Source of the DNA: Candidatus Saccharimonadota bacterium
Lineage (GTDB): Bacteria > Patescibacteriota > Saccharimonadia > Saccharimonadales > Saccharimonadaceae
Direction of reading: 5' to 3'
Length of the DNA: 64,000 nt
Assembly: GCA_016866755.1 (NCBI GenBank)
Contig: VGLK01000005.1
Location: 10,272-74,271, forward strand
Position numbers and translations under genes: made by a program. This document shows positions 27,088 through 37,138 of this stretch, one piece after another. Each line of letters opens with the position of its first letter. The stretch's first letter is position 1. The notes below the pieces were generated by a model. The model ran no database searches and had not been told where the DNA came from. It worked only from the letters and a program-made list of their open reading frames with translations.

Positions 27088-27660
27088 ATGAATACGGAAA
27101 AACTCATCAAATTCTTCAACGCTAAGCTAGAGAAGATATCAGAAATCAAAAATTTAAATGACTCCGATGATCCGGAATTTAAAGCCTGGTGGAATACAAT
27201 CACATCGACTTGTGAGCGCATGGGTGAATCCTACAAAAAACGTGCCGACCAAATTCGTTTTTATCCGAGTATAACGTTTGGAGATGGAGACAGTCGTCCG
27301 TATGTTCGTGCATTTCAGAGTGGAGTCAGTAGTGCAGATGCCTTTGTAAGATCTATTATTGAAGAGCTTGAAACATGGGGCTATGAGCCTAAGACATTAA
27401 CTGATTCTTCACAGACGCTTGACCGGGATAAGTTGATTCTAAACCTTACAATAAGCCAGCAACAAGTGCAGCAAATTACACAAACTATAAACCTGTCTCA
27501 ATATGATGCCGATGTGCAGGAGAAGGTGCAAGAGCTCCTCGACGAGCTCAAAAAAGAGACAAAGGATAAACCAAAAATAGTAAATTTAGTTAAGTGGCTA
27601 GCAGATAAAGGTACAGATGCACTAATAGCAGTATTGTTAGCAGCAGCGCATCTTACTTAA
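27088..27660 (+). CDS. hypothetical protein
   Basis: 190 aa ORF with no recognisable motif; hydrophobic C-terminus. Confidence 0.5.
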   Translation: MNTEKLIKFFNAKLEKISEIKNLNDSDDPEFKAWWNTITSTCERMGESYKKRADQIRFYPSITFGDGDSRPYVRAFQSGVSSADAFVRSIIEELETWGYEPKTLTDSSQTLDRDKLILNLTISQQQVQQITQTINLSQYDADVQEKVQELLDELKKETKDKPKIVNLVKWLADKGTDALIAVLLAAAHLT

Positions 27661-27662
27661 GC

Positions 27663-28934
27663 CTATAGCTTATAAAATTCAAGCTCACCGTTCTTTATCT
27701 GTAGCATCGGTCCCATGTTTGCTGCCAGGGCGGTTCTCTCGCTATCGGTACCATCAGCAAGTACATATCGAGCATACTCCACGAACGGGTTATCAAGTTT
27801 TTGGTCAATCTTGTAGTGTGTGAATATCGTCTTGGTTGTAAAAAAGTGTTTATCTACTCTGGCGCGAAGCTTATCCGTTATTTTTATATCTTCATGATGT
27901 TTCTCAATAAAGCTCTGCATTAACTCGCAAAGTTTTTCCTCATTCACATACTTCTCAGCACAATTCGGGTCTTTACGTTTTGTGCAGTTGTAATAGACGA
28001 ACCTCTTTACATCACCACTCTTTAGGGTTTTGAACTTGTCCTGAGCTGTGATATCAGCTGTACATCTTCCGCATTTCAGTAATCCTCGAAAAGCAAAGGT
28101 CTTTGACCCCCATATACCCTTATTTACTCCTCGTGTTTCCTGCACTATATCAAATAGTTCTTTGGATATGAGTGGCTTATGAGCGCCGTTGTACCATGGC
28201 GCATCCGGTGCTTCAGGATACTGAAACTTACCGTAGTAGAAGGGTGTACTTAAGATTACTAGTATCTGACTCACGCTTATTGGTTTGCCTGAGCGGTTCG
28301 TGAAACCTTGTTCATCGAGCCATGCTTTTATCCTGCGCCCGCTCCAGCGTTCGTATCCTGCTTTTTGAAAGGCTTCAATAATAAACTCTGCACGATCTGG
28401 GTCGATAATAATATCGTTAACTCCAGCGAAAGCACGGTTCATATAGCCAAGTGGAGCGACTCCGGGTCGCCACCCCATTTCACATTTGTTTCTGATGCCT
28501 CGTTTGACGTTAATACTCTTGTTGTCATTCTCGAGTTTTGCCTGAGAACAGAGAATCATTAGTAGAAACTTCTCATTCGGGTTATTCGTGAATGTCTGCG
28601 AATAGGTGCGTATATGCAGTAGTTTGCCTTGATCCATCAAGTCTACAACCGCACCTAAGTCACCAGCATTCCTGCTTAATCGATCAGGAGCCCACGTTAA
28701 AATGGCGTTATATTCTTCGTTTGTGATTCCTTTGAGTAATTTGTTATATTGCGGGCGTTTTCCTGAATCTTTAGCAGAGTGGCTTTCTTCTAATTCACAA
28801 ACCACGTTCAGGCCTTCATTATCAGCTAGGGCGCGCATTTCGTTGAGTTGAGAGTCAATAGACATTGCTTGACGCTCATCGCTCTCGGAGCTCTTACGTG
28901 CGTATAAACAGTATCTTAGTGGTGCTATTTCCAT
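27663..28934 (-). CDS. large serine recombinase
   Basis: Resolvase-type N-terminus YARKSS...SIDSQ, DRLSRN; recombinase domain; Cys-rich zinc-ribbon region (CGRC...YYNCTKRKDPNC); 423 aa. Confidence 0.9.
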   Translation of the reverse strand: MEIAPLRYCLYARKSSESDERQAMSIDSQLNEMRALADNEGLNVVCELEESHSAKDSGKRPQYNKLLKGITNEEYNAILTWAPDRLSRNAGDLGAVVDLMDQGKLLHIRTYSQTFTNNPNEKFLLMILCSQAKLENDNKSINVKRGIRNKCEMGWRPGVAPLGYMNRAFAGVNDIIIDPDRAEFIIEAFQKAGYERWSGRRIKAWLDEQGFTNRSGKPISVSQILVILSTPFYYGKFQYPEAPDAPWYNGAHKPLISKELFDIVQETRGVNKGIWGSKTFAFRGLLKCGRCTADITAQDKFKTLKSGDVKRFVYYNCTKRKDPNCAEKYVNEEKLCELMQSFIEKHHEDIKITDKLRARVDKHFFTTKTIFTHYKIDQKLDNPFVEYARYVLADGTDSERTALAANMGPMLQIKNGELEFYKL

Positions 28935-28983
28935 ACCAAGGACAACTGTACCGCGATGGCTATGTAAGTCTAGCCCTAATTGA

Positions 28984-29631
28984 TTATTTTATTGGGTAAA
29001 AGAGTCCTTTGTATTTCTGCTCATCAATGCCATAGCTGACCAGTATTTCCAATACATTATCCAAGCTATTTTTTGTAGGGATGAGGTAATACGAATCACT
29101 TCTAGCATCAAAGCCATTTTCAGTCCATGCGAGAACAGCCAGGGCGAGTATACTGCAAGTTTTTATTTCAATGCTTAGTACATCTTTTATGTCTTTAACG
29201 ACATTCCAATAGTCGGTTCTGTTATTTGGAAAGTCCCAACACATAACAAGAGGTATTAGATTGTCGGTTTTTACCCCACGTCTATTTGTTAATACTGCTA
29301 TGTCATCTAGAAGATTTCGTGGTGCATCGAGGATCGCAGTGGATGGAATCTCAACCTCAGTGACTATCCCGTAGCCGCCGCTAGGGTTATCAATAAGTAC
29401 ATCATACCGTTCATTTACGTCACCTTTGCGAGGGAAGTGTGGGTTCAGGTCTAGTTTTTCGCACAGAGCCTTGATTAGATATTTAAAGCCATTTGGGTCT
29501 AGTTTTAACCTCTGATAACTTGATACTAATAGATCCATCTTTTGATTTAATTCAAAGTCATTACTTACAAGCTCGAATATGTAATCATTCTCTTCGGGCT
29601 TTAATTCTTGTTTTGTCTTATAGATTTGCAA
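28984..29631 (-). CDS. putative small nuclease subunit of the restriction enzyme
   Basis: ERYDVLIDNPSGGYGIVTEVEIPST aligns by eye with ERFDVIIPDTKYSIPVEVKSPT of the 568 aa neighbour; 14-nt overlap with it. Confidence 0.5.
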   Translation of the reverse strand: MQIYKTKQELKPEENDYIFELVSNDFELNQKMDLLVSSYQRLKLDPNGFKYLIKALCEKLDLNPHFPRKGDVNERYDVLIDNPSGGYGIVTEVEIPSTAILDAPRNLLDDIAVLTNRRGVKTDNLIPLVMCWDFPNNRTDYWNVVKDIKDVLSIEIKTCSILALAVLAWTENGFDARSDSYYLIPTKNSLDNVLEILVSYGIDEQKYKGLFYPIK

Positions 29632-31324
29632 AGCTGATCACTCCTCTTACATCAGAAAAATCAGAGATTAAATAAGTCTTATTATTTAACAAACAATAAT
29701 AAGCCGCCGTCAGTAATACATCTACGTTTGATATGGCTACATTAATATCATATGTATTATGTATATCTTCGATTAGTTTATAAACATCAGAGCGTTCATT
29801 CGGTATATTATATCCAACCGCAAACGTGCTAATTTCCCGAATAGTAGGGTATGGTCGGCTATATCTCGACAACAGAACAACTTTGTTTTCTAGGGCCTGC
29901 CTAACGGCCTTTACTGAAAGCATTACTTCTTCTGTTGGCGACTTAACTTCTACAGGGATCGAATATTTCGTATCCGGAATTATTACGTCGAAACGTTCAT
30001 TGTTTACGCCTGCCTGGGGAGCCCTAGCGTCTAAACCAAAAATTATTTGAAATAGTTCAGCTATAAAAGGATAGAATTCCACCTGCTTCATGCCTATAGC
30101 ATCCTTGTTTATGCTTTTGATTGCATTGTGCGTACTGCCATCCCATTTATCCAATTCATCTAGCAGTTTATGCTTGGCACTGTTACGCTTAGTCGCTATA
30201 GAGTTGGTCGTCCCAATGGGCTTATTTGATTTAAATGTGTAGCCGGTTGAAGTAGAGTCACCTACTGAAAAGTCTATAGTCTTGTCGCCAATATCGGTTT
30301 CGTATTCAGGAAATAAATCCCTGGCATCTTGCTTATTGAAGTATTGATATGGAGAGAATAGTATATCCTTTCCGCCAAATACCTCTTCTGCTATGTTACC
30401 GGCATCAGTCATGTTCGCCAACTCCTTGTCTACGATGAAGTCTGCTCGCTGTAACATCTGTAGAAAGCTCAATTTAGAGACCTCCCGAACCACTTTGTCG
30501 TCTTTTTTGAGCAAAGTATTGCCATCAATAGAGACTGTGTTATCTAACCAGGTTATCATCTCACTACCCTTTGAAGTAACCTTCAGAAAATCTTTATTAG
30601 ACCCATAGACCGTACTAACATCTTTTTCTAGCCAACCAGAAAACACTAAGGCAGATATCACGAAACGTGTGTAGTTTCTCATGGTATTGAGAGTGATACC
30701 AAGTTTATCCGACAATTTGAGTAGCTCTAACTCTAAATTAGAGTACTTCTTTGTAGAGCGGATAACCTTTATCTTATTGGCGGCTTGTTTAATTTCATCA
30801 GAATTATACCCATTTGATAAGTTCATTGGTCCGACTAAAATTTCGTCACGGCAAATTTCACCATCCAGTAAGGCTACGGTTTTCATGATACTAACAAACG
30901 GCTTGTTAATGTCGCTGAATCTAACATCCAGAATTTTATTAGGGTAATTGATGCCCAAGAGGCATTGCTCGAAGAGTTTGTTGGAGGAATCTCCAGCAGT
31001 TGCGACGTGAATTCCGAGAAATGTAAAATTGAACCTTAACGCTGCATCCTCACCGGAAACAATCCATCCGAGAAAACGGTAAACCTCGGCATACATTTTC
31101 GCTTGGTTGTATAGGGGGTTTCTGGACGTGTCTTTTCGCTCATATGACCTTTCGAGTGCTTGTATCCCGATATATCCTGATGAGCTTGCAACGTTTTCGC
31201 TCACCATGATATCCGCCATGTTATTCAAATCAAATGACTGAGTCTCGGACAAGTTCGCGTATAGAAGCTTAAAGATATTTATCAACTGATTAATATCAGA
31301 GCCAGGGTTTGGGAAGCGGATCAT
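29618..31324 (-). CDS. putative Type II/IIS restriction endonuclease, large subunit (AlwI/BstNBI-like architecture is a guess)
   Basis: 568 aa; C-terminal PD-(D/E)xK-like IPD...VEVK; adjacent to two methyltransferases. Confidence 0.55.
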   Translation of the reverse strand: MIRFPNPGSDINQLINIFKLLYANLSETQSFDLNNMADIMVSENVASSSGYIGIQALERSYERKDTSRNPLYNQAKMYAEVYRFLGWIVSGEDAALRFNFTFLGIHVATAGDSSNKLFEQCLLGINYPNKILDVRFSDINKPFVSIMKTVALLDGEICRDEILVGPMNLSNGYNSDEIKQAANKIKVIRSTKKYSNLELELLKLSDKLGITLNTMRNYTRFVISALVFSGWLEKDVSTVYGSNKDFLKVTSKGSEMITWLDNTVSIDGNTLLKKDDKVVREVSKLSFLQMLQRADFIVDKELANMTDAGNIAEEVFGGKDILFSPYQYFNKQDARDLFPEYETDIGDKTIDFSVGDSTSTGYTFKSNKPIGTTNSIATKRNSAKHKLLDELDKWDGSTHNAIKSINKDAIGMKQVEFYPFIAELFQIIFGLDARAPQAGVNNERFDVIIPDTKYSIPVEVKSPTEEVMLSVKAVRQALENKVVLLSRYSRPYPTIREISTFAVGYNIPNERSDVYKLIEDIHNTYDINVAISNVDVLLTAAYYCLLNNKTYLISDFSDVRGVISFANL

Positions 31325-31356
31325 ATGTCCGTTATTATAGTGCAGTCAGAAACAGT

Positions 31357-32196
31357 TTACAAACTAAGAGTATGATTGTGAAGCTTTTGTAGGCGCTCAT
31401 TTGTTACATCAACCCACCTCTGCTCAAGCTCCAGGCCAATCCATTTAATATCATGGCCTTGTTGGTTTAGCTTTTCGCAACAAACACCTAATGTGCCAGA
31501 TCCATGAAATGGGTCCAGGATTGTGCCATTATATTTTCCATTTGAATCTTTTGGGCAGTACGCCTTGATAAGCTCGGTAATTAGAGTCTCTGGCTTCTGG
31601 GTAGGGTGGGCGGTTCTTTCTTTGGCGAAGTTTTTACCTGCAAGTGTGGGGTATGCCCATATGTCGCCTCGTAGTGCACCTGCCGGGTTTGCCGTCCACT
31701 CTTTTTTAATTCCATTTTTATCCTTGTAATAAACAGGAGATTTTAACCTATCGGTGCTTTTGTAGGGAACTCTTACGTCATCAGCGTTGTAGGTCCACTC
31801 CTTGTTAGAATTGGAAAACCATAGAAAAGGCTCGTATTGAGTCGCGGGTGATTTTTTACTCCTGGAGAATCCGTTTTCGTAAAACCAGATATTCATACCC
31901 CTGTAAAACATACCTTCTTCATACATAAGAACCTGTAGGTAGCCGATGTATCTGTGTATGCCGAACCAAATCAAACTGCCACTATTAGTAAGTAGTCTGT
32001 GACATTTGTTAATGCGTTCACGACTTGTAGATATAAACTCATCAAGCGGCAGGGAGTCTGATTTATTTCCAAAATCTTTATCAAGGTTGTAGGGAGGGTC
32101 AGTGAGTATTAAGTCAAATTTAATGCCTTCATCGATCATTTGTGACATTACCTCGTCACAGTCGCCCTGGTACGCCCGATTGTATTCAAAGGTCAT
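31357..32196 (-). CDS. DNA methyltransferase (N6-A/N4-C, beta-class motif order)
   Basis: LILTDPPYNL (motif IV) then LDPFHGSGTLG (motif I). Confidence 0.85.
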   Translation of the reverse strand: MTFEYNRAYQGDCDEVMSQMIDEGIKFDLILTDPPYNLDKDFGNKSDSLPLDEFISTSRERINKCHRLLTNSGSLIWFGIHRYIGYLQVLMYEEGMFYRGMNIWFYENGFSRSKKSPATQYEPFLWFSNSNKEWTYNADDVRVPYKSTDRLKSPVYYKDKNGIKKEWTANPAGALRGDIWAYPTLAGKNFAKERTAHPTQKPETLITELIKAYCPKDSNGKYNGTILDPFHGSGTLGVCCEKLNQQGHDIKWIGLELEQRWVDVTNERLQKLHNHTLSL

Positions 32197-33323
32197 GCCT
32201 TTTTCGCCTCCATCTTTCTGAAAATAAGAATGTACTGATGGTGGATGTTTTCTACGTATGCAAACGGATAGCCATATGGCAGAAGGCTTTTATGGTTCTG
32301 TATTAAAACTTTTACACCCTGCAGCACCATTTGATATCCATCGCTAGTAAGTTTCTGGTCCATGGCCTGGATTAAATCGCTGTGAAAACTGATGAACTTT
32401 GATTTGTTTCGGAAGTCAGATACTACCAGACACATATATTTGTTAGGCCTGAGTACGCGACCGCTCTCCATAAAAAAGTCATCGACTAATATCTTCAGGA
32501 ATTCATCATAATCTTGAACATTCCCAAGGTCTCTTGCGTCGCCGTCTGAATAGTTTGTCGCTAAGTTGTTGGATACCCGGTCTTTTACCTTGTGGTCGGC
32601 CTTTTTGTTTAGGATTGACCAGTAAGGTGGACTGGTAACCATGAAGTCAAAAGAGGAGTCCTCAAAGTTGCGCAATAACTCTCTTGAGTCGCCTGTGATG
32701 AAGTCGTGCTTTTTTGATGCACCTTCCGACACCTCTGTCTCTATACGTTCTTTCGCTAACTCACTCCACGTTTCTTGAAGCTCTATACTCGTACAAAAGC
32801 GACCGTTTAGTTCACAGGCTTTAGCTGTTGAACCGATGCCGCCAAACGGATCTAACACACGTGCACCCTTCTTTGTAAAGAAAGTGATTAGCTGTTCGAT
32901 ATCTTGGAATGAGTATGGCGCAGGGTGCATCCTTTCAATTTGAGCATGTGGATGCTTGGAGCCAAGCCCTTTCTGGTACATATAACTTTTAGTTGCGGGT
33001 AGCCACTCTGTGCCATTTAAGTCATTTAGCGAGTTTCTCTTATCGACGGGCTTTCTCTCATCAACAAGGGATTCGATTGCGTTGTCTTTCTTAAATTTTG
33101 ACGGCTTTTGAGGCGCCTCTATACTTTTGCTTGCCTCCTTGAAGTTCTCAAGTGTATCCATGTCAAATCGTCGCTGACCACCTGGCGTCTTTGACGGCTC
33201 TAATGCCCCTGTCTCGACCATTCTATAAACAGTAGAGATACTTACGCCCAAAAAATCAGCCGCTTTTTTAGTGCTAACGGGATGGTTATTTTGTGATTTT
33301 TTCGTTTCCAAAGTTTCTTCCAT
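32193..33323 (-). CDS. DNA methyltransferase with N-terminal excisionase/MerR-type HTH
   Basis: STKKAADFLGVSISTVYRMVETG HTH; LDPFGGIGSTAKA (motif I) then MVTSPPYWS (motif IV); ATGA overlap with the downstream methylase. Confidence 0.85.
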   Translation of the reverse strand: MEETLETKKSQNNHPVSTKKAADFLGVSISTVYRMVETGALEPSKTPGGQRRFDMDTLENFKEASKSIEAPQKPSKFKKDNAIESLVDERKPVDKRNSLNDLNGTEWLPATKSYMYQKGLGSKHPHAQIERMHPAPYSFQDIEQLITFFTKKGARVLDPFGGIGSTAKACELNGRFCTSIELQETWSELAKERIETEVSEGASKKHDFITGDSRELLRNFEDSSFDFMVTSPPYWSILNKKADHKVKDRVSNNLATNYSDGDARDLGNVQDYDEFLKILVDDFFMESGRVLRPNKYMCLVVSDFRNKSKFISFHSDLIQAMDQKLTSDGYQMVLQGVKVLIQNHKSLLPYGYPFAYVENIHHQYILIFRKMEAKKA

Positions 33324-33344
33324 ACATTAATTGTACCGCTACTA

Positions 33345-33374
33345 TCAACACTAATCAACACTAATCAACACTAA
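33345..33374. repeat. three perfect tandem 10-bp units (TCAACACTAA) 22 nt upstream of the HTH-methylase start
   Basis: Read directly: ACTA-TCAACACTAA-TCAACACTAA-TCAACACTAA-TTAATA. Confidence 0.9.
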
Positions 33375-33512
33375 TTAATATATCTTCAATAAAATTGGTA
33401 CTACATAGACACAATCTTTTCACAGCTAACAAGCGATTGCCTAATCAAAAGATACTGTTCTGTATACAAACTGGATGCTACTATTCAAGTAATACAGTGC
33501 ACATATAGTAAA

Positions 33513-33980
33513 TTAGTAGGATTTTTCCAAACAACTTACTTCACTTTTTGTTGCATAAGCAGCCCCGTCTCGAGATATAGTCACCAAACCTTCGAAGTAC
33601 TTAGTCTCTCCAGGTTTAAGCAATGTGTCCCAGGTGACATAATCAATACCTTGGTATTGGCCATCTGGGCTTTGTATGCGGATATTACATGCAGGATTTG
33701 CGTCTACGACGCCCGTATTAGTAACAGTGAAAGTCAATCTTCGCCGGGTGTCGTCAGCGAAGGTGTTGCCAACGACTTTTATTTTGTAGTCAGGCTTTGC
33801 TGCAGGTTCTCCGGCGTTATCTTGTGTTTGGTTAGTGATAGGTTCTTCGTAGGCGCTGTCCATACTGCTACCTAAGAATCCTGACAAGAAGGGTAAGAAC
33901 ATAAAGATAATTATCAAGATTCCCCACCATCTGGTATACCATTTCTTTTTGCTAGATTGTTTAACGGGCTGTTCCTGCAT
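33513..33980 (-). CDS. membrane-anchored protein, possibly Ig-like (DUF4352-like)
   Basis: N-terminal TM helix, beta-rich C-terminal part; weak family guess. Confidence 0.45.
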   Translation of the reverse strand: MQEQPVKQSSKKKWYTRWWGILIIIFMFLPFLSGFLGSSMDSAYEEPITNQTQDNAGEPAAKPDYKIKVVGNTFADDTRRRLTFTVTNTGVVDANPACNIRIQSPDGQYQGIDYVTWDTLLKPGETKYFEGLVTISRDGAAYATKSEVSCLEKSY

Positions 33981-34178
33981 ATGTGTTCTCCTTCGCCAAA
34001 GTAATGCCGCACTTCAGCGAAGAAGTCCATATAAATAAAAAGGACAGCCACGCTGGACTGTCTAGGACCCAAACAAGCAGTTATGCCTATTCTTTTTTAC
34101 GTAGCTGCCCATTTTACGGCACAACTACGCAAACGTTTGCGTTAACTAATTGTTTGAATCCTAGACAGTCTTATTATA

Positions 34179-34631
34179 TCAGCTATTATCCAAAGGAGAC
34201 TGGTGGTCGACAAAATCTCTGTGATTAGATATAAACTGTCTAAGCGCATCGTAGCCTGCCTCGGTTTTCAGGATGTCGGCTAGCTCTTCATACGCTCGGT
34301 GCGATAGTCGAAGACGTTTAATTTCATCCGTGTACACATTCTTAGGGTAGGGTCGATATCGAGTAGTGTTGTGACTCAACCAATATGCAATAGACGCATA
34401 CTGGTTGTTCGAAATATTCTCGAGTAGTTTTGACTCGACAAAGTCGGTAAGTTTCTCACGTCCCTTATCCTGGGCCTGTTCCGCGGAATGCTTGAAAACG
34501 ATATCTGCATTGCACCAACGATAATAGGTAGAGCGTGCAATACCGATCTTTTTGCACGCTCGCTCTACCAAAGGATTATCCTCAAGCTCCTTTAAGACGC
34601 GTGCTCGTTTACCTCTCCACTTTTTCTCCAT
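34179..34631 (-). CDS. small HTH protein (terminase-small-subunit-like or regulator)
   Basis: ACKKIGIARSTYYRWCNAD helix-turn-helix; overlaps the ParB-methylase 3' end. Confidence 0.5.
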   Translation of the reverse strand: MEKKWRGKRARVLKELEDNPLVERACKKIGIARSTYYRWCNADIVFKHSAEQAQDKGREKLTDFVESKLLENISNNQYASIAYWLSHNTTRYRPYPKNVYTDEIKRLRLSHRAYEELADILKTEAGYDALRQFISNHRDFVDHQSPLDNS

Positions 34632-35952
34632 CGAGCTTCACCCTTTTCTGACCAGTTAGATTTTCCCAGCGTTTCAGTGCAACTTCGGCATACACGGGAG
34701 ATTTCTCCATAATGTAGCAGCGTCGATTCAATTTGGTTGCTGCAATTAAAGTCGATCCGCTACCGCAAAAAGGCTCGACGACTAAATCATCACGCTTTGT
34801 CAGCACCTTGATATACGGAATGAGGATTGGTAGCGGTTTTGTCCCAAAAATAACGCCTTGGCCACTATTCTTTTCATCCTCAGCGTTATGTGTGATGAAA
34901 TCAGTCGGCTGATATTTCTTACCCTTAGCATGAGATTCCCATTGGGGTTTACCGGATATAGCGTAGATCGCCGTCTCATACTCTTCTTGTAGGCCGCCAA
35001 CTTCTTCATCGTGGTTATACTCGACAGTACCATTTGCGCCGACCATAGCAATGTCATATTTACTAAAGAACTTATACTTACTGGCAAAGTTTTGATGACG
35101 AGTGGGGACGTGCCAGACTATCATATTCTTTACCTTGAAGTGCTTTTCCATTTCGCCCCATATGGTACGGAGGTTTTTCCAGTTTTCATACACAATGATG
35201 CTGAAGTCTGGCTTGGCGTTATCAGCGACGTTTTTCATCCATAGTTCAGTAAAGTCATCGGGCAGAACGTCCGTTTCAAGATAGCGTCGGTTGCGCTTCG
35301 ACCCAAAACCCGTCACAGGTTTGCCTTGTCGCTTAGCGTGGAGGTAATCGAGAATATATGGAGGATCGGTCATGCACATATCGGCCTTCTGTCCGTTCAT
35401 GAGTTTGGTGAAATCCTCACTTATTGTCGAATCACCACACATGAGCCGACTTTCACCCAGTTGATACACGTCTCCCTTTTTCACTTCGACATTATGTATG
35501 TCTAGTTTCTCAAGTTCCTTTTTTAGATTAAAACTTTCTGGTGTATCATCGACTTCAAACACACTATCAAGATCCTCACTAGTGAATCCGATGTCGGCTA
35601 GGATTGCTTCATCGAATTCCTTTAGTAAATCAAGATCCCATTCGCCAAGATTTTTGTTTAGGCGAAGATTTAACTCTTTCTCTCGCTCAAGCTCTGGAAT
35701 GGTAACGTATACGACAGGTAGCTCAGTAAAACCAAGATCCTTAGCGACTTTGAGTCGAAAATGTCCTCCGATTACCACATTTTCGCGACCGGGCGCGTTG
35801 TTAGCTAGGATTGGATCGACTATTCCAAATCGGCCAATACTATCTTTAAGTTGTTCTATGGCATCTTCTGACCATTTTCGCGGATTGTAAGGCGCAGCGT
35901 TTAAATCAGTTATTCTTATAGTTTGTATTTTTAATGTGTTATTTTGCTTCAT
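34609..35952 (-). CDS. ParB-like nuclease domain fused to DNA methyltransferase
   Basis: N-terminal ParB/Srx-like region (LNAAPYNPRKW, GGHFRL), CMTDPPYIL and EPFCGSGSTLIAA; start set at ATG 35952, preceded by AGGAGG. Confidence 0.85.
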   Translation of the reverse strand: MKQNNTLKIQTIRITDLNAAPYNPRKWSEDAIEQLKDSIGRFGIVDPILANNAPGRENVVIGGHFRLKVAKDLGFTELPVVYVTIPELEREKELNLRLNKNLGEWDLDLLKEFDEAILADIGFTSEDLDSVFEVDDTPESFNLKKELEKLDIHNVEVKKGDVYQLGESRLMCGDSTISEDFTKLMNGQKADMCMTDPPYILDYLHAKRQGKPVTGFGSKRNRRYLETDVLPDDFTELWMKNVADNAKPDFSIIVYENWKNLRTIWGEMEKHFKVKNMIVWHVPTRHQNFASKYKFFSKYDIAMVGANGTVEYNHDEEVGGLQEEYETAIYAISGKPQWESHAKGKKYQPTDFITHNAEDEKNSGQGVIFGTKPLPILIPYIKVLTKRDDLVVEPFCGSGSTLIAATKLNRRCYIMEKSPVYAEVALKRWENLTGQKRVKLDGEKVER

Positions 35953-36124
35953 GGCAAAACCTCCTATGTGAGGCTGTCGTCGACTGGAATAAAAAGAGCG
36001 TTCCAGGAATCGATCGAACAGCTGTTTAATACTGTTGATCAACTCGTGAAACGCGATATATTGCGTGTTAACTGGTTACACACGGTGATTGATAATCTTA
36101 TTTAAGCATAAAAAATTTGATAAA

Positions 36125-36766
36125 TCAATTACTGGTCTTTCGCATACGTTGGAGCCTCTTATATATAGGTTCGCCATAGATTCTTTCTTCAAGCTTCTTC
36201 CAGCCTGTTCTTGGCAGGCTCTTTTTTGCGGCATAGCCCGTAAATTCTGCCCGTTTTACGAGTGCGGCGTAGCTAAGACTTGTTGCGGTTTGATGTTTTA
36301 ATACAACCAGATCTCTTGCTGTGCACGAACCTTTAACCACATCCATTTTATCAAGGTCTTCGTGGAACATGGATGTTGGGTAGATGAATTCGGCAGCAAA
36401 AACTTCAGCGCCAATTTCTTTTAATTCATCTTGGACTTGGGTGAGACAGAAAGCTCCCACGGAATCCCGATCCATGAGATGATGCTTCAGTTCATGCGCA
36501 AGAGTAAAAATATATGGCTCATCGGGCAGTCGTGCGATAAGAACTGCAGGTATCCCGCTAAGGTCGGGGAAGTAAACACCCCTCAGTTTCTTAAAAGCCT
36601 TACCGCCCATGCCTGCCATCGGCCATTGATCGATGCCTATTCCGTAATGTTTGTAGATTTTTCTAAATTCAGTACGTGATATGCGTGCGCCGCTAATGTT
36701 AAATAGCGCTCTTTGCTCGTGCGCCAGAGTCTCCATTTTCTTGTAGTAATCTGAACGCTCCGACAT
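36125..36766 (-). CDS. ImmA/IrrE-family zinc metalloprotease
   Basis: HExxH as LAHELKHHL; located directly downstream of the XRE repressor gene. Confidence 0.8.
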   Translation of the reverse strand: MSERSDYYKKMETLAHEQRALFNISGARISRTEFRKIYKHYGIGIDQWPMAGMGGKAFKKLRGVYFPDLSGIPAVLIARLPDEPYIFTLAHELKHHLMDRDSVGAFCLTQVQDELKEIGAEVFAAEFIYPTSMFHEDLDKMDVVKGSCTARDLVVLKHQTATSLSYAALVKRAEFTGYAAKKSLPRTGWKKLEERIYGEPIYKRLQRMRKTSN

Positions 36767-36777
36767 CTTAGGCTAAC

Positions 36778-37119
36778 CTACTTTTTTCTCAACTGACTTT
36801 GTGCATTTTTTATTTGTGCAAACTGAGTTAATGCCTCTATGTCATCTTTATGAAGACCTTGAGCTGCGCGCATCAGTCCCGCGAGGGGAGCGGGTGTATT
36901 TTCCTCCGGGAAGAAAGATGAAATTGGCTTACTAAAAAATTTCGCTAAATCATCGAGATCCTTGAGTTTTGGCTTGTATACGGCCTTTTCCCATCTAGAA
37001 ACGGTATTAGCTGCAACACCGAGTTTACTAGCTAAATCTTCTTGAGAGAGACCCTTGCCTCCGTTGTAAGAGGTACGGAATTCTTTGATTCTTTCGCCCA
37101 CATATTTTGATACTTCCAT
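36778..37119 (-). CDS. XRE-family HTH repressor
   Basis: LSQEDLASKLGVAANTVSRWEKAV. Confidence 0.85.
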   Translation of the reverse strand: MEVSKYVGERIKEFRTSYNGGKGLSQEDLASKLGVAANTVSRWEKAVYKPKLKDLDDLAKFFSKPISSFFPEENTPAPLAGLMRAAQGLHKDDIEALTQFAQIKNAQSQLRKK

Positions 37120-37138
37120 GATACTCCATTCCTTATAA

